Assembly: GCA_012295275.1 (NCBI GenBank)
Contig: CM022676.1
Location: 9,424,001 to 9,488,000 of the forward strand
DNA: 64,000 bases
Origin: Chrysomallon squamiferum
Lineage: Eukaryota; Animalia; Mollusca
Direction: 5' to 3'
The notes under the pieces were generated by a model. That model saw nothing but the letters and a program-made list of their open reading frames with translations. It ran no database searches and was not told where the DNA came from. The translations under genes and the position numbers were made by a program. Positions 1 to 15,552 of the stretch are shown here, in pieces. Every line of letters begins with the position of its first letter. The first letter of the stretch is position 1.

Positions 1-739
1 AGAGATAGAGAAAAAAAGAGAGAGAAAGAGAGAGACACAGAGACACAGAGAGAGAGAGAGAAAAGACAGATGAAGAAACAAAGAAATAAACAAACAAACG
101 AAAGAGAAAATGAGAAAGAAAGAGACAGATGGGGAGACACAGAAAGTCTTACGAAAAATGTTTTAACAAATGTAACTTGAGCTATTATACAATCTCCGTT
201 CAGCAGTTTTAACTGCAATGCATGCTGGGACAGGTCTACTTCCCAAAAACGGACAAACAAATCTTTTCCAGAATAATATTTCTCCTTTATCACATTCTCT
301 CTCTCTCGTTTCTACTTCATTATTTTTAATGTCGAAACATTTTTTATATTTTTTTATTACCAAAACACAGACGTCGAATAAACACGCTGACAAAAACAAT
401 GACAGAATGGACTGTGGGGTGAACGTCGTCATTCACATTAGCATCGGCATTGTGACGGCAGAGACATAAACATCTTCTGCTCTCTGCTCTCATTGTGCGA
501 TGTTCAGGCGGCATAAAACGCGCGGCATAAAATAAATCGTGAGCACGAAGTCCTCAGCGATTCTGCATCTCGAAACGGCATCAAGAAGTGACGGCATGGG
601 GTCGCGGCGAATTTGTGGTCAGCGACCCGTGACCTGGCACAGTTCGGCTTGACTGAGCATGCGACCAACCATGAACTGTGGTTTGGTGTGATGTTGTGTG
701 GGTGTATGTGTGTTCGTATGAAATGTAAGACTGAAGGAG

Positions 740-785
<46 letters not shown>

Positions 786-1276
786 ATCTTGATGATCATC
801 ATGATCATGATGATAAGTGATGATGATAGTCAATGATGATGATGATGTTGATATGATGCCATAATATGATGGCGATGATGATGGCAATGAAGATGATGAT
901 GATGATAAATATGATAATGATGGTGATGATAATGAAGAGAGTGGTGATGGTGATATGATGATTTTGTTGCTGATAGCAGCAATGATGACTGTGATGATGA
1001 TAGTGATAATAACGAAGACAATGATGTGATAATGGTAATGGCAATAATGATAATAAAGACAATGGTGAAGATGATGTTGTTGATGACAGAATAATAATAA
1101 AAATAAAATTGAAATCAGAATGTGAAAAAGAAAGATTATAATAATAGAGAGAAAGTACAGAAAGAAAGAATATGGATGGACAGAAGGACAGCTTCATAAG
1201 AGTTTTATATTAGCTAGTGTGTGTAAGAGAAAAAGCAGAGGTTTTTAAATTTATTTGTAAATTTGCATGTACAGAC

Positions 1277-1367
<91 letters not shown>

Positions 1368-2674
1368 AAACAGAACATCTTTTAATAAAACTCATGCACT
1401 GTATAATTACTTTATTCAGTTGTTATTATCATCACATTTTTTTTTAAATAAAATGTATCAGTTTAAAAATATTTTCCCTTCAATTTTTATCATCATAATT
1501 AATTATCAATAGTACTCTTACTATTGTTATTTTTTTTTTAAGGAAAACAGTGAAAAAAAAACAACAAAAAACAACGAAAGAATGCAGAAAAAATGAAAGC
1601 CTGTCCAATTTAAATTCCATCACCATGCATGACACCATATACACAGAAAGACTGGTACACTCACTATACTTAATATCATACACGCATGGATACCAGCATA
1701 GACTGGTAATCTCAAAATTGTACCCATGAAGGCATTGACCATTAAACTACAGTTTCAAATTACCCCTCATCTCTTTTTCTTTCTTCTTTTCTCTGTTTTA
1801 TTTTTTATCCTCCTCCAGGAGTAGGAGAGGGGAGGGGAGGGAGGGTGACACAGAAACCAGTGTGGTAGGCCGATACATTATACCGTAATTGACTGGTTTG
1901 GTGTACACACTAGACTGGTTTATGACTGCCGTTCCTGTAATTCTGGTATCAGTTTAATCAAAATGGCTGCCACAGGGCTTTGAGAAGTATCAAGATTACT
2001 GTGGTTAATTTTTCAAGATGGCCGAGATGGCAGTATAAAGATTATTCTTGTTGGAGTTATGTGTTTTTTTTCTTTCTCAGAGTGTTTTATCCAAGTCAAA
2101 GTGACAGATAGGTTTTCACTGATGTGTGAGAGATTGTGAGATCAAACCTTGTTGAAGGGACCACACCGGCAGTAATAAACATAAATGTAGTCTGGTATGA
2201 GAGGTGTATATACAGACGTACAGACACACACACATATATACATATACACATACACACACACACCGAAACATACAGTAATATATACAAACACATAAACCAA
2301 TACAAACACAAAGATATCCAAACATAAATACACATACATATACACATATATACACACTTACATATGCAACACACACACAAAACACACACACAAAACACAA
2401 CACACAAAACACACATGGGCTTATAAACCCACACACATATTATATACAAACACAGCACAGCCACACACACACAACACACACACTTACACAACACACACAC
2501 ACAAAACACAACACAGACACAGAAACACACAAAACCACTCATATAGATATATATATATATCTCGTTGAAACTGTTTAATTTTTTATTTCTGTTTCAGAAT
2601 CTATGTTAATCTGTTAAAATATATATATATATATATATATATACAGAAAGAAATATACATAAACACTGTATTAA

Positions 2675-2745
2675 CTAGAATATAGTGGTTAGGTAAAAAG
2701 TTTGAGATGTTCTGGGTTACAGGTTCTATTCTCATTACTAGACCA
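2675..2745 (+). mobile_element. Degenerate tRNA-like (SINE head) remnant
   Basis: A-box-like tagtggttagg and B-box-like ggttctattc at tRNA-like spacing. Confidence 0.25.
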
Positions 2746-2778
2746 ATGAGGTTTTTTCAAATTCCAGGCTTTATCATA

Positions 2779-2812
<34 letters not shown>

Positions 2813-2818
2813 TCACAC

Positions 2819-2861
<43 letters not shown>

Positions 2862-4329
2862 ATTTTAAACCCCCAAAATATTTTACCACACAGACACACA
2901 CACACACACAAACATTTAACCTAGTTATTTGTGAAATATGCTATTTTCCAAACAAATACTTCCATCATGGGTGTTTTACGAAACTGTCATTTATTTTATT
3001 CAAGGCTAAATATTTGTGATGATTTATTGAAATAATTACACCCCCCCCCAGAAATAAACAAATTATTTTGATCAGTGGTCAGACCTGCTAAAGAATTTTC
3101 AACAAACTGTTACTAAAAATAGCATTCAGGGTCGTTTTGAGGATAATTCTCAATTGTCTTCCATCTTTTGAATCTACCCGCTATCTTGTTTTATCCACCA
3201 TCCAAATTAAAGACAGGGAACCTCCAATAAATCTTGGTATCTTGGCAACAGATCATACAGATGGTTTTGTCTGATAGAGAGAGAAAGGGCCGTAGAATCA
3301 CCAGTCTATCAAATATAACTGCCGTCATCTTCAGAAAAAAAATAAATGTTTTGTTAAAGAAATTTTTTATCTGATTTCAAACTGTCGGTGATGTTGAAAA
3401 CTGCTTTTTAATATAAGAAACTGTTTTCCATAAAACCTTCTTTTCTTCTAATTGATACTAATGTAAAGAAAGTAGGATTAAGCTTGTCTGATCTTATTTT
3501 AGTGACCTGTCCAACCGACCAATCAGATTTAAGCCCTGGGAACAATGGAGCCAATGGGAACGCAGAGATTAGGAAGATGTCATGAAGAACAACATTATCA
3601 TAATTTATGAAACAAAACCGACCAGCTTGTATGAGGAGAAGAGAGAGAAAAGCTCGAAGGATTAAAGTATTTGTTTGGAAAATAGTATATTTCGCGGACA
3701 ACTTGGTTAACTGCTTTCTGTTTGAGCGAAACAAAAGGAAAGGATGAGAGACTGCATAGAAAAAGTTGTAAAATAAATTTTATGTCATTTTGCGTTAAGT
3801 GTAGGAAAAAACTGTTTATTTTATAATGACTGAAAGAAAGAAAGAAAGAAAGAAAAAAGAAAAAAAAAAAAAAAAAAAAAAATGAAGAAGACTATCAAAA
3901 CAAAACACAAAAAAAAAAGTAAAATAAATAAAATAAAATAAAAAAACTACAACATGCCATCTTTTTATAAACAGCAGCTTTAAAGCTACCTTTAATTTAT
4001 TACTGAATAATTATTGTAACCATATTACAACAGCTGTAACCATGGCATTACTGTAACCATATTATAATTACTGCCAAAATGGCATTGATGTAACAATACT
4101 GTTACTGCTGTAACTATGACTCTGATGTAACCATATCATCAGTCAGTGTAACAATACCATATTAGTTTCTGTAACAATATCATTAATTACTGTTGTAACC
4201 AAATCAGCTAGTGTAACCATACACATCATTATTAATTGCTTAACTGTATTATAATTATAATTAATTGCTGTAACACTGTTGTAACCATATAATTAATTGC
4301 TGTAACCATATCTTTAACTGTAACCACAT

Positions 4330-4690
4330 ATACTAGTTTAAACTGGTTACTTTTTTATTTCTGTTACAGAATCTATGTTAATCTGTTAAAAGTAACACTG
4401 ATGTAACCACATATTTAACAGTAACCACATCTACTGGTTGAAACTGTTCACTTTTTTATTTCTGTTACAGCATCTATGTTAATCTGTTAAAAGTAACACT
4501 GATGTAACCACATACCACATATTTAAACTGGTTGAAACTGTTTACTTTTTTATTTCTGTTACAGAATCTATGTTAATCTGTTAAAAGTAACACTGATGTA
4601 ACCATATATTTAACAGTAACCACATCTACTGGTTGAAACTGTTCACTTTTTTATTTCTGTTTCAGAATCTATGTTAATCTGTTGAAATAA
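4330..4690. repeat. Tandem repeat, unit about 95-100 bp, about 4 copies; partial dispersed copy at 2564-2619
   Basis: Recurrent ttttttatttctgttacagaatctatgttaatctgttaaaagtaacactgatgtaacca. Confidence 0.9.
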
Positions 4691-5067
4691 ATGGAAGATA
4701 TTTGATACTAAAGTTTATTTGGAAAAACTGAGACAGAGGAAATCTGATATGAAAATCTTTCTAATTTTATTGGGTATTTCTTGCTTACAGCTGTGATATA
4801 CAGAGTGTATGTTACATCTACTAAACACTTAGTGATGATATATTATATGTTTATGTGTGTATGGGTTTACAGTAGCTGTTGTTGTTAGTATAGTATCCAT
4901 GTGTATGTGGGTGTTTGTCTGTGTGTGTGTGTGTGTGTGTCATCTGTGTGTATCTGTGTGTCTGTGTGTGTATGTGTGTATCTGTGTGTGTTTGTATTTG
5001 TGTATGTCTGTGTATGTATGTGTGTTGTGTCTGTGTGTAGGTGTGTGTTTGTTTGTATTTGTGTTTG

Positions 5068-5098
<31 letters not shown>

Positions 5099-7582
5099 AT
5101 TTGTGTGTGTCTGTGTATGTGTGTGTGTTGTGTCTGTGTGTGTTTGTATATGTGTGTGTGCCTGTGTGCCTGTGAATGTGATTCAGTGTATGTTGCTATG
5201 TACAAAGATGAAGAATTAGAAATGGCTAATATTCTTTTTTCTCAACGTATCTCATTATTATTGTTGTTGTTATTATGTGTCATTATTAGTAGTAGTAGTA
5301 GTTGTAGTTGTAGTAAGTAACAGTAGTCATAGTAGCAATGGTAGTAATATTTGCAGCAATAGCAACACCAGCAGCAACAACAGTAACGAAAAAATTTAAT
5401 TACAGTATGTTTTTTTTTTTTATATAAATTTTTAAAAATCTGTACACAATAATAATAATAATAATGATGATGATGATGATAATGATGATGATAATAGTAG
5501 TAGTAATAATAGTAATAATAATAATAATAACAATAGTAACAATAACATTAACAACAATAATAATGATAATAACAACAAAACAATAATAATAATTAAATAA
5601 ATAAACAAATTAATTAATTAATTAATTAATAAAAATATGTACTTTCTACAGTCAGAAATAATAAAAATAATGAAATATATTTAATCTGTATATATATATA
5701 TTTTTTTAGATTTAAAACAGTTATCTCTTTATACAATAACTTTTCATAACAAGTATAACTTCACTTTGAATTAGTCAGTCATATAACATCACTACTCACA
5801 GACAAACAGTAACAGTAACAACAACATAAAAGATTAAAAACGAGAATATCAAATATCACACAATTTACACAATTTCCAATTTGTCTGTCTAATTTCCCCA
5901 GAGAATCTGGATTAATACTGCGATACGGTTATGAAAAACCACAAAATCTCGAAGATGAATGTCCAAAAGTTCACCAGTGGACTAAAATTAATATTTCACA
6001 CCCGTGATATACGTGTTGTTATATGACAGCCAATGTTTATCAAGCTATTAAAGTGTCGTCGAGCCCGTTGCTAAGGGGACCGGCAGCCAATCAAACGTGA
6101 CCTTTCATTCGCTGACCTTTATGATTAAAAACGGGTCACCAATCAGTTTGGAGGATTTGATTGGGTTTAACCCTTTTGGTGCTGATAACAGACAAAACAC
6201 TACTGTTTGAGTGTTTAATACTTAGTAAACTTAACCCTTTTTGCTGCTAAGGCTGGAATGAAATGATATATTCAATGAATTTTGAGAACATAACTGGATT
6301 AACTCGTTTTTGCTGATCAGATGAAAAATAAGATAATGTTGGATGAATTTTTAGAAATTAAGTCTTTATTTGTAAAGAAAAAAAAAAAAAAAAAAAAAAA
6401 AAAATTATTACTTGAATTATCAAGTATTTTGTTTGTTTAATCTTTTGCCTGCTAGGTAAATTTATTTTGTACATACAGAGGCTCACAGAATTATTCACAC
6501 TGGCTCACAATTACTCACAGAGTTACTCACAGAATTAACTCTTTAGGTAGCAAAAGTTTAATAATGACAAGATAATTTATAGTATTCTGTTATCAGGTGT
6601 TTTTTATTTTTTATATATAAATAAATAAAAACAGAGAAATAATCAAAATTACCTTAATTAATTGAATTACTTTTTTTTATTCTTTTTTTTATTACGTGGC
6701 TCTTTAAATAAATTATTATTAATAGCAATTTGGTCTTTAAGAAAATCAACCCTTTTCGTATGGAAATCTAAACAGACAAAAAAAAAAAAACAACATGTTA
6801 GACAGTTTGGCTATAGAAAACTAGAGATAAATTATGTGAAACCTTGGTTATAACATTAACCCATCAACTGCTGTAACCACAATACTGACAAATCTGTTTA
6901 GAATGAATACTGACATTGACCCTGTTTTGGGATAAAAACCTCTGTAACAATATCATGAATAAAAAAAAAAAAATTAAATTAACTCTTCAGCTATGGAATC
7001 TGAACTGAAATTATTTGTGTAGGCTAGGAAATAAGATTAACTCTTTTACTGCTGAACTCAAGTATTAAGAACAAGAGGAAAAGAGCTGGAAAAAAAAAAA
7101 AAAACCTAACAACAGAAAGAAAAAAACAAAAAGTCAGGTTTCAAGATTAACATTTTCAAAGCAATGGACTTTACCTGGTTAGCAACAACAAACATAAATA
7201 TAAATAAATTAATTAATAATAAAAAATAAATAAATAAAATAAAAATATCTGATAAAGTTATTTTTAACTTTTGTTTATGGATAATGACACACACTGACAC
7301 ACATAAACACACATATACAAACACACACATAACTTATGCCTATTCTTTTCATCATATAACTGCTCAAGTATGCCTTTCATGGGATTAAATTTAACCTTCT
7401 GATGTTGCTGTGTCTACAACATTGATTAAAATCACACACACACTTACACACACACACACAAACACACAGACACAAATATATACATTCATATCCACACATA
7501 CAGACACTCAAATACACAAATACATACACACACATAAACATACATACATACTTACACCAACACATACATACATACTTACACC

Positions 7583-7614
<32 letters not shown>

Positions 7615-8031
7615 TACACACAAACACTCAGACAAGACATCCTTACAACAAAAAATATATTTAAAAATAAAATAAAATATCAAACTCCCATTCAATTTAT
7701 TGGGTCACACACACACAGACGCACACACACACACACACACACATACAGAAACAGACAGAGGGATGTGAGGACTCTAAACAGACACAGACCTGACAATAAC
7801 TACAAGTTAAATAAAAAAAAAAAAACATTCTCAGCAGCAGCAGAGAGAGAAAAAACAAAAAATCTCAGCAAGACACCCCCCCACTGTGTCTCCCCCCCGC
7901 TGTGTCTCCCCCCACCCGGTCACGGTATCAAAACACACAGGATCATAGCTGTTCTTAAGTGGGCAAATTTCGTCCCTCAGTGAATCTGTCGTGGCTGAGT
8001 GACTTTCCATCACGGCCGAGCGAACTCATTG

Positions 8032-8047
8032 TGCTGCCCCCTGGTGG
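8032..8047 (-). promoter_or_regulatory. CTCF core motif match
   Basis: The - strand reads CCACCAGGGGGCAGCA, inside a GC-rich non-repeat island. Confidence 0.55.
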
Positions 8048-9598
8048 TTGACAAAGCTGCTGACTGCCCCAAACCCCGGGGGGTGGGGGCAATTTTTAAA
8101 TGGGGCGCCAGGATACAAAGGGTTAACAATGGACGTAAAAGGTTCCACTAAATGCTACTTGGTGATTTTTATTTTTACTTCTTTTTCATGTGGTTTTTTC
8201 ATTTTTTTTTTTGTTTTTTTTTTGTTTGTTTATTTCTATTTTTGCAAATGGCTTGAGATAGAAAGGGTTAAAGATGGATGTAAAAGTGTTCCAGTAAATA
8301 CTACTTCATTATTATTTTTTTATATTTTTATTATTATTTATTTTTTTTAATATTCTGTGTGATTTGTTGTTACAAATTTTTTTTTTTTTTTTTTTTTGTT
8401 AACGTTTAGATATAGATTTTTATAAAACTGAATAATACAGAGATAAAATGAAATAATAACAACAATAATGTTAATGACAACAATAATAACAACAAAAATA
8501 ACAGTAATAATAATAATAATTACAACAATAAAAATTATTAAACTAAGCTATAATGAAAATAAGAACAATAATGTTAGTGAGAATGAAAATAATAATGATA
8601 ATGATGATGATGATGATGATAAAATAACAGTAATGATAATAATTATAATAATGTAATAATAATAATAATTATAATAATGGTGATGATGATATAATAACAA
8701 TAATAATACAGTAATAATGACAATGATAATGATAATAATAATGATGATGATGATGATGATAATGATAAGAAGAAGGACAACAACAGAAACATTAAAGAAA
8801 AGTCAAGAGAAGAAAAACCACTGATTAAAAAAAAAATCACAATTCAATGACTCTGAACGTTCAATTAAATTATTTCAAAATTAACTTTTATAACGGGAAA
8901 CAAAATGGCTGGGACGCAGTTTGTGCAAACTGGGATAGCTCCGACACATCACTGACAAAAAAAAACATCAAAAACAACAAAAAAACAACCAATCAAACGA
9001 CTCAAAGACTTTAGAAGATTTCAACTGAAAAAGTCAAACAACAAAGCAAACAGAATCAAACACACAGAAGAAAAAAAAGAAACTAAAAAAAACAAAAAAA
9101 ACAAAACTCATTAAAGCCACACACCCAATTTCGTCACAACAGCCACAAAAAAGAAACAATATTATTGCCCCCCCCTCCACCCACCCCCCCTAATGAAAGG
9201 GTGTGACGGAACTACCCACTGGGGGTGGGGGGGTGAGGTGTCCCTTAACAAGAGGGAGTCGCTAATAGCTTGTTGATGATGACTGATCAAAGGGGAGATG
9301 TGGAGGGTGTGGTGGGGGGGTGGTTACGTAACAGAAGAAAGGACAGGGTATCAGGAGTTTCGAGTTACTAGTACAATATGGATTATGGGGGTTTGGAAGA
9401 CACAAAGCCAAATGGTCACTAAACGGTCACTCAATGGTCAGTAAATGGTCTGGACTATGACAATTAGAATGAGAAGTGTTTCCACCTGGTGAATGACGTC
9501 TGCTTTTTACGCAGGTGAGAGAGAAGTTTTCTCTTTGATCTATGCACACAGGTAGAAATGATTCAGAAGCTGTTTGTTGCCTGGCGACAGTGTAGTTA

Positions 9599-9663
<65 letters not shown>

Positions 9664-10076
9664 ATGTCTGGGTTTAGCTTTCCGACTTGTAAAATTCTTC
9701 TAAATTTGGTTGGTTTTGGTTTTTCTTTTACTCATTAACTTTTCTTTGTGTTATTTTTCTTTCTTTCTTTCTTTTTTTTTTTTTTTTACTTTCTCTTATT
9801 CTGCATACTTCCGTTCTTTCTTTCTTTCTATTTGTTTTTTGCTTGTTTCTTTGATATATTTCTCTCTTTTTCTGTCTCTCTCTCTCTTTTCTTTTTATTG
9901 TTTACTCAGTTCTCAATTTTTCTCTCTATCCTATCGTATCCTCTCTTTTTTTTCTTTCTTTCTTTCTTTCTTATATTTATATTTATAAATATCTCTTTTC
10001 TGCCATTCTTTTTTTATCTGTTCTTTTCTTCTTCTTTCTTTCTCTCTCTTTTAATTTAATTTTCTGGCTTTTCTAC

Positions 10077-10134
<58 letters not shown>

Positions 10135-10871
10135 CAGCCTCTTTCTGTTCTATAAATACAATTTTGCCATAAAATTCTTCAACATTAAAAACAGCATATT
10201 TCTGTAACTCTAAAGCCAACATTTTTGTAAGTAATAAAATCCTGAACATTAAAAACAAAATCTTCAGAAAAACAGCCATAAAAAGTAGACTAAATTTAAT
10301 AGTTGATAAATATTCAGATCTGTATTCACCACTGTGGTATAACTTTGTTATCATATACCTGGCAATGCAATAAAAAATAAAAATAAAAATAAAAAATTAA
10401 TCTGTTATGCTAATTTATTTTAAACATGGTTTTAATACATTCATGCAAACTAAGATTTTGAATTTTCATAAGTTAGCTGTTTTTATTTGTCAGATGAATT
10501 CTGAAAATAATTCCACCCCTATTTATTTACTGTCTGTTATGTTTAAAATAAACTCAGTTATCATCCTGAAGATTTTATATTCTGCACTAAGATAATCACC
10601 CTTTTTTCTGTCATTTGGATTTTTTCCTTGTTCTGTATTTAAAAGTATTACAAACAAAATGTCAATTCATCGCTATGGAGATATTCAATAAGAAATTTTT
10701 TATTACATATTCAGATAAATAAATCAATGAATATTCAGACAAATAAATGAATACTCAGATGAATAAATGAACAAACAGTGAGATGAATAATGATTTAATA
10801 GTATTTTAGAATAAATCTAAAAAATAACACTTATATAATTTTGTATATAAAGATCTAAAGAAGGAAACATT

Positions 10872-10930
10872 GCTGATTAGCAATAAGGTATATTTTATAA
10901 GCACCCTACCATAGACAGTAATACATAAAC
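10872..10930 (-). mobile_element. Degenerate SINE core fragment
   Basis: gattagcaataaggtatattttataagcacc resembles gattagcagaaaggaatcttttatatgcacc at 58.4 kb. Confidence 0.45.
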
Positions 10931-11005
10931 ACTATATTAAGTTCATAAACTTTAATACTTTAATTAATATCCAGATTTATAACCAATTACTTGCTGTATA
11001 AAATA

Positions 11006-11071
<66 letters not shown>

Positions 11072-11997
11072 AGAAGATGTAAATTAAAAACAATCACTGA
11101 TTTTAAAATTTCTAAAATACTAATTTCCAAAAATTATTTTCCTTTAGCTTCTCTCACAAAATCATTAAAAAAAATCAAAGGGAACACTTGTCATAAACTG
11201 TGGAGCTACCATCTGGAATGGGAAAATATATCAACACACTCACACACACACACAAACACACACACATAATTTTGGAATGTACAAGCCATCATCGTATGAT
11301 GTCCAACACGGACATTTTCTTCCCCGGTTTAAGACTTTCACTGATTGCAAAATGCCAGGCGTCTGATTTGAAAAATTCTTTTATGTTCGGCTTCATAAAT
11401 CACCAAGACACACAATCAGTTTGAGGAGGAAGCCATCTTTGAAACAATCTCATAACCCTAAACTCATTAGTCTTCTCAATCATCCAGCAACACAAACAGT
11501 TGACTTAAACTTTCACCAGCCGATGGTCAGTTATGACCTGTCCAGCAATGGCCGGAATGTTTGAGGAGTGGTCAAGCATACAGACAGACAGACGGGGGGA
11601 GGGGGGGAGACCACTGGTCAAGAAAGGAAAGTGAAAAAAAAAAAAGAAGAAAGTTAAAGAGGTCGTTAATTTATGTCTACGAAATTTTTGACTTGAAAAG
11701 AAAAAAAAAAATGGAGTCTGTACTGAAAGTTTTTTTTTTTTTTTTTTTTTTTTTTGAAGAGTTCCAGTAAAGGGAGATTATCTTTTTAAATGGAATGTTA
11801 ATTATTGTAGTTTTCTTACTTTTTTTTTTTTTTTGAAGAGTTCCAGTAAATGAAAATATCTGTAAGTTATAGAGAATGTTAATTATACTGAATTTACTGA
11901 TTGTTTTTTTTTTTTTTTTTTTTTTTGAAGAGTTCTTTTAAGAAAGGTCATCATTCACTCTCACATACACATCAACATGAACACATGCACATGCAAT

Positions 11998-12040
<43 letters not shown>

Positions 12041-12544
12041 CAAATACAGAAACACCTGAATACATACCCTACACACACAAAACCCAAGTACAGACACACA
12101 AACACACACACACAACAAACACACACAAACAAAAACCTATAACAACAATTCTTACTACCTTTAACATAAAACAGACATTTCTTAAACTACCCAGGTACGA
12201 CTGTCTACCTAAGACACAGGTAACAGTCTGTCTACCTGACAGGTAACCGCGGCAACTGCTTCCACAGGTGACAAGATAAGCCAGGTAATAAATATCACAC
12301 ACTGTAACTCACCAGGTGGCCATATTCGAGGTCAAAGGTCACAATATTCATTATTATTCCCTTGTGCTGGGGGATTATGTGGGCTTTGTTTTATGAATTA
12401 CCAAGACAGCTGTAAATGGGAGGGATGAAGTAGAAATGATTTTATGCTAATAGTCCTACCTGCAGTGGCTTGTTATCATTGTTTATGTGTGTCTTGTCTT
12501 GTCTTGTTTCGTCTCTAGTGAAAGTATTATGAGAAAAATTGGTA

Positions 12545-12574
12545 ATTGTATGTGTGTGTGTGTGTTTGTATGTA

Positions 12575-12605
<31 letters not shown>

Positions 12606-12801
12606 GTGTTTGTGTGTATGTGTGTGTGATTGTGTGTGTTTGTATGTATGTATGTGTGTGTGTGTGTATGTATGTGTGTGTTTGTATGTATGTATGTGTG
12701 TGTTTTTGTTTGTATGTATGTGTGTGTGTGTTGTATGTATATATGTATGCATATATGTCTGCATGTGTGTGTATATGTATATTTATGTATGTATGTATGG
12801 T

Positions 12802-12842
<41 letters not shown>

Positions 12843-13080
12843 ATATGTATGTGTAGTGTATGTATGTGTATGTACATATGCATGGATGTATATATATATG
12901 TATGTATATATATTTATATATATATGTATGTGTATGTATGTGTATATATGTATATATATATCTATATGTATGTATATATATATGTATATATATATATATT
13001 TGTATGTGTGCATATATGTGTATATATGTATGTGTGCATATATGTGTATGCATGTACGTATAATGTGTGTGTGTTATATG
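12545..13080. repeat. (TG)/(TA)/(TATG) compound microsatellite
   Basis: Direct reading. Confidence 0.95.
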
Positions 13081-13852
13081 TTTATATCTGCTAAACACGA
13101 GAATCCACAATATCAACAGCATATCACATTAAACATTTCCAAAGTGGAAGTCACATTAACTAAATTAAAAACGAAACTGAACAAAAAGAAGTGACAAACT
13201 AAATCAAAAAAAGCAATCACCAACTTGCAGCAAACACAGTTTTCGCTGAAGTGAGAACAAAATGCTGCTGTTACCTAAGCAACAAACCATAAATTTAAAA
13301 ATCTGCAAAAACGTCAGAAACTACTATGGAAACGTCTGCCATCTTTGCAAGGGCAGATGACTCTATTGACAGTTTTGTTCAGAGATGGAAAGAACTCTTC
13401 AGCCAGGTGAGATACAAAACAGCGACATAAGGGGAGGAGGAGGGAGGAATACAACAGATGGTTTCAGTGTCACAGAAATCAAAATAAATGATAAACTGAT
13501 GCTACACCTTTTTTTGTCTGGCAGGTGAAAATCTTTGTGCTCAGGTGTAAAATGATATTTGTTCTTAGATTAAAAATTATTTTTTTGTCCAGTTTAAAGA
13601 AAGACTGCTGTTCCAATGAAATTCATTGTCTTGTGGGTTTTAAACATGACTGCATTTTAAAAGTTAAATGTGTGATGACTCAGGTGATTTGAATGCTCGA
13701 CAAAAGTCAATTTTTTTTTTTATAGACTTCTGTCAGGCACAGGTGAAAGAGATACAGGTAAGATTTCAGAAAAACTTTTTTTGTCGTAATGAGTTGACAT
13801 ATGCGGCTAATGCATTTGGGAAGAAGCTGAAGAGATATAGAAATATACAATG

Positions 13853-14475
<623 letters not shown>

Positions 14476-15197
14476 TAAAAAAAAAATTATTTAAAAAAAA
14501 CAAAAAACAGACTACACTGACCCTGGATCAGACTTAAAGTGGGGATCACCTGACAATGCCCTACCCCCCCTAATCTTACCCCACCCACACCTCATCATCT
14601 CTACATATCAACCCCACACACCCCCTTTTTCCTTAATTTTGTTCTGTTCACTTAACTGCAGCCCAACCCTCAGTCTTGAGCCCCTCCCGGTCCTTCCCTA
14701 GCCACACCCAACACAAATCACCTGTTGAAACAGTAAGTGAATTTTTCCACCTGACAGGACTCGACACGAACGACGGTGCAAGGTGCGATTGGGTTTTATG
14801 GGGTATGAGGTAATTTATTACCTGTAACGACAACTCACAGGTAAGGTGATAGACAAGATCAAAGACAGGTAAACAAAGAAGGTGATTGGCCAGGTGTAAG
14901 AAGATTAATACCTGTAAAGAAAAAAAAAACCTCTGTCTGTATATGATAGGGTGTCCGATCAGCTTCCTATGTAGTAATTTTATACTTTTAATGGATGGAT
15001 GGGTAGATGGATGGATGGATGGATGGATGGATGAATAAATAAATGAACAGAAGGTTGAATAAACCATTTCTATCTCTCTATCTTAATCTTTTTATCTATC
15101 TGTTTATATTATTATTATTATTATTATGTACTTAGACATACACACACACACACCCAAGCATATAGATATATATACATACACATATATATAGACACAT

Positions 15198-15234
<37 letters not shown>

Positions 15235-15370
15235 AATACATTTAAACTGAAGCAGTATAGTTTTATCTCAATCTTTCTATACATTCATAGTTTTATCTCA
15301 ATCTTTCTATACATTCATGTATTTATTTTTGTCTGTCTGCCTGTCTGTCCATCTGGTTTTCTGTATATTA

Positions 15371-15552
<182 letters not shown>

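Noticed and set aside
2675-2745. tRNA gene
   Set aside because: Only degenerate A and B boxes; no acceptor or anticodon stems.
6165-8272. piggyBac element suggested by TTAACCCTTT ends
   Set aside because: Many same-strand copies, no extended matching TIR pair and no transposase.
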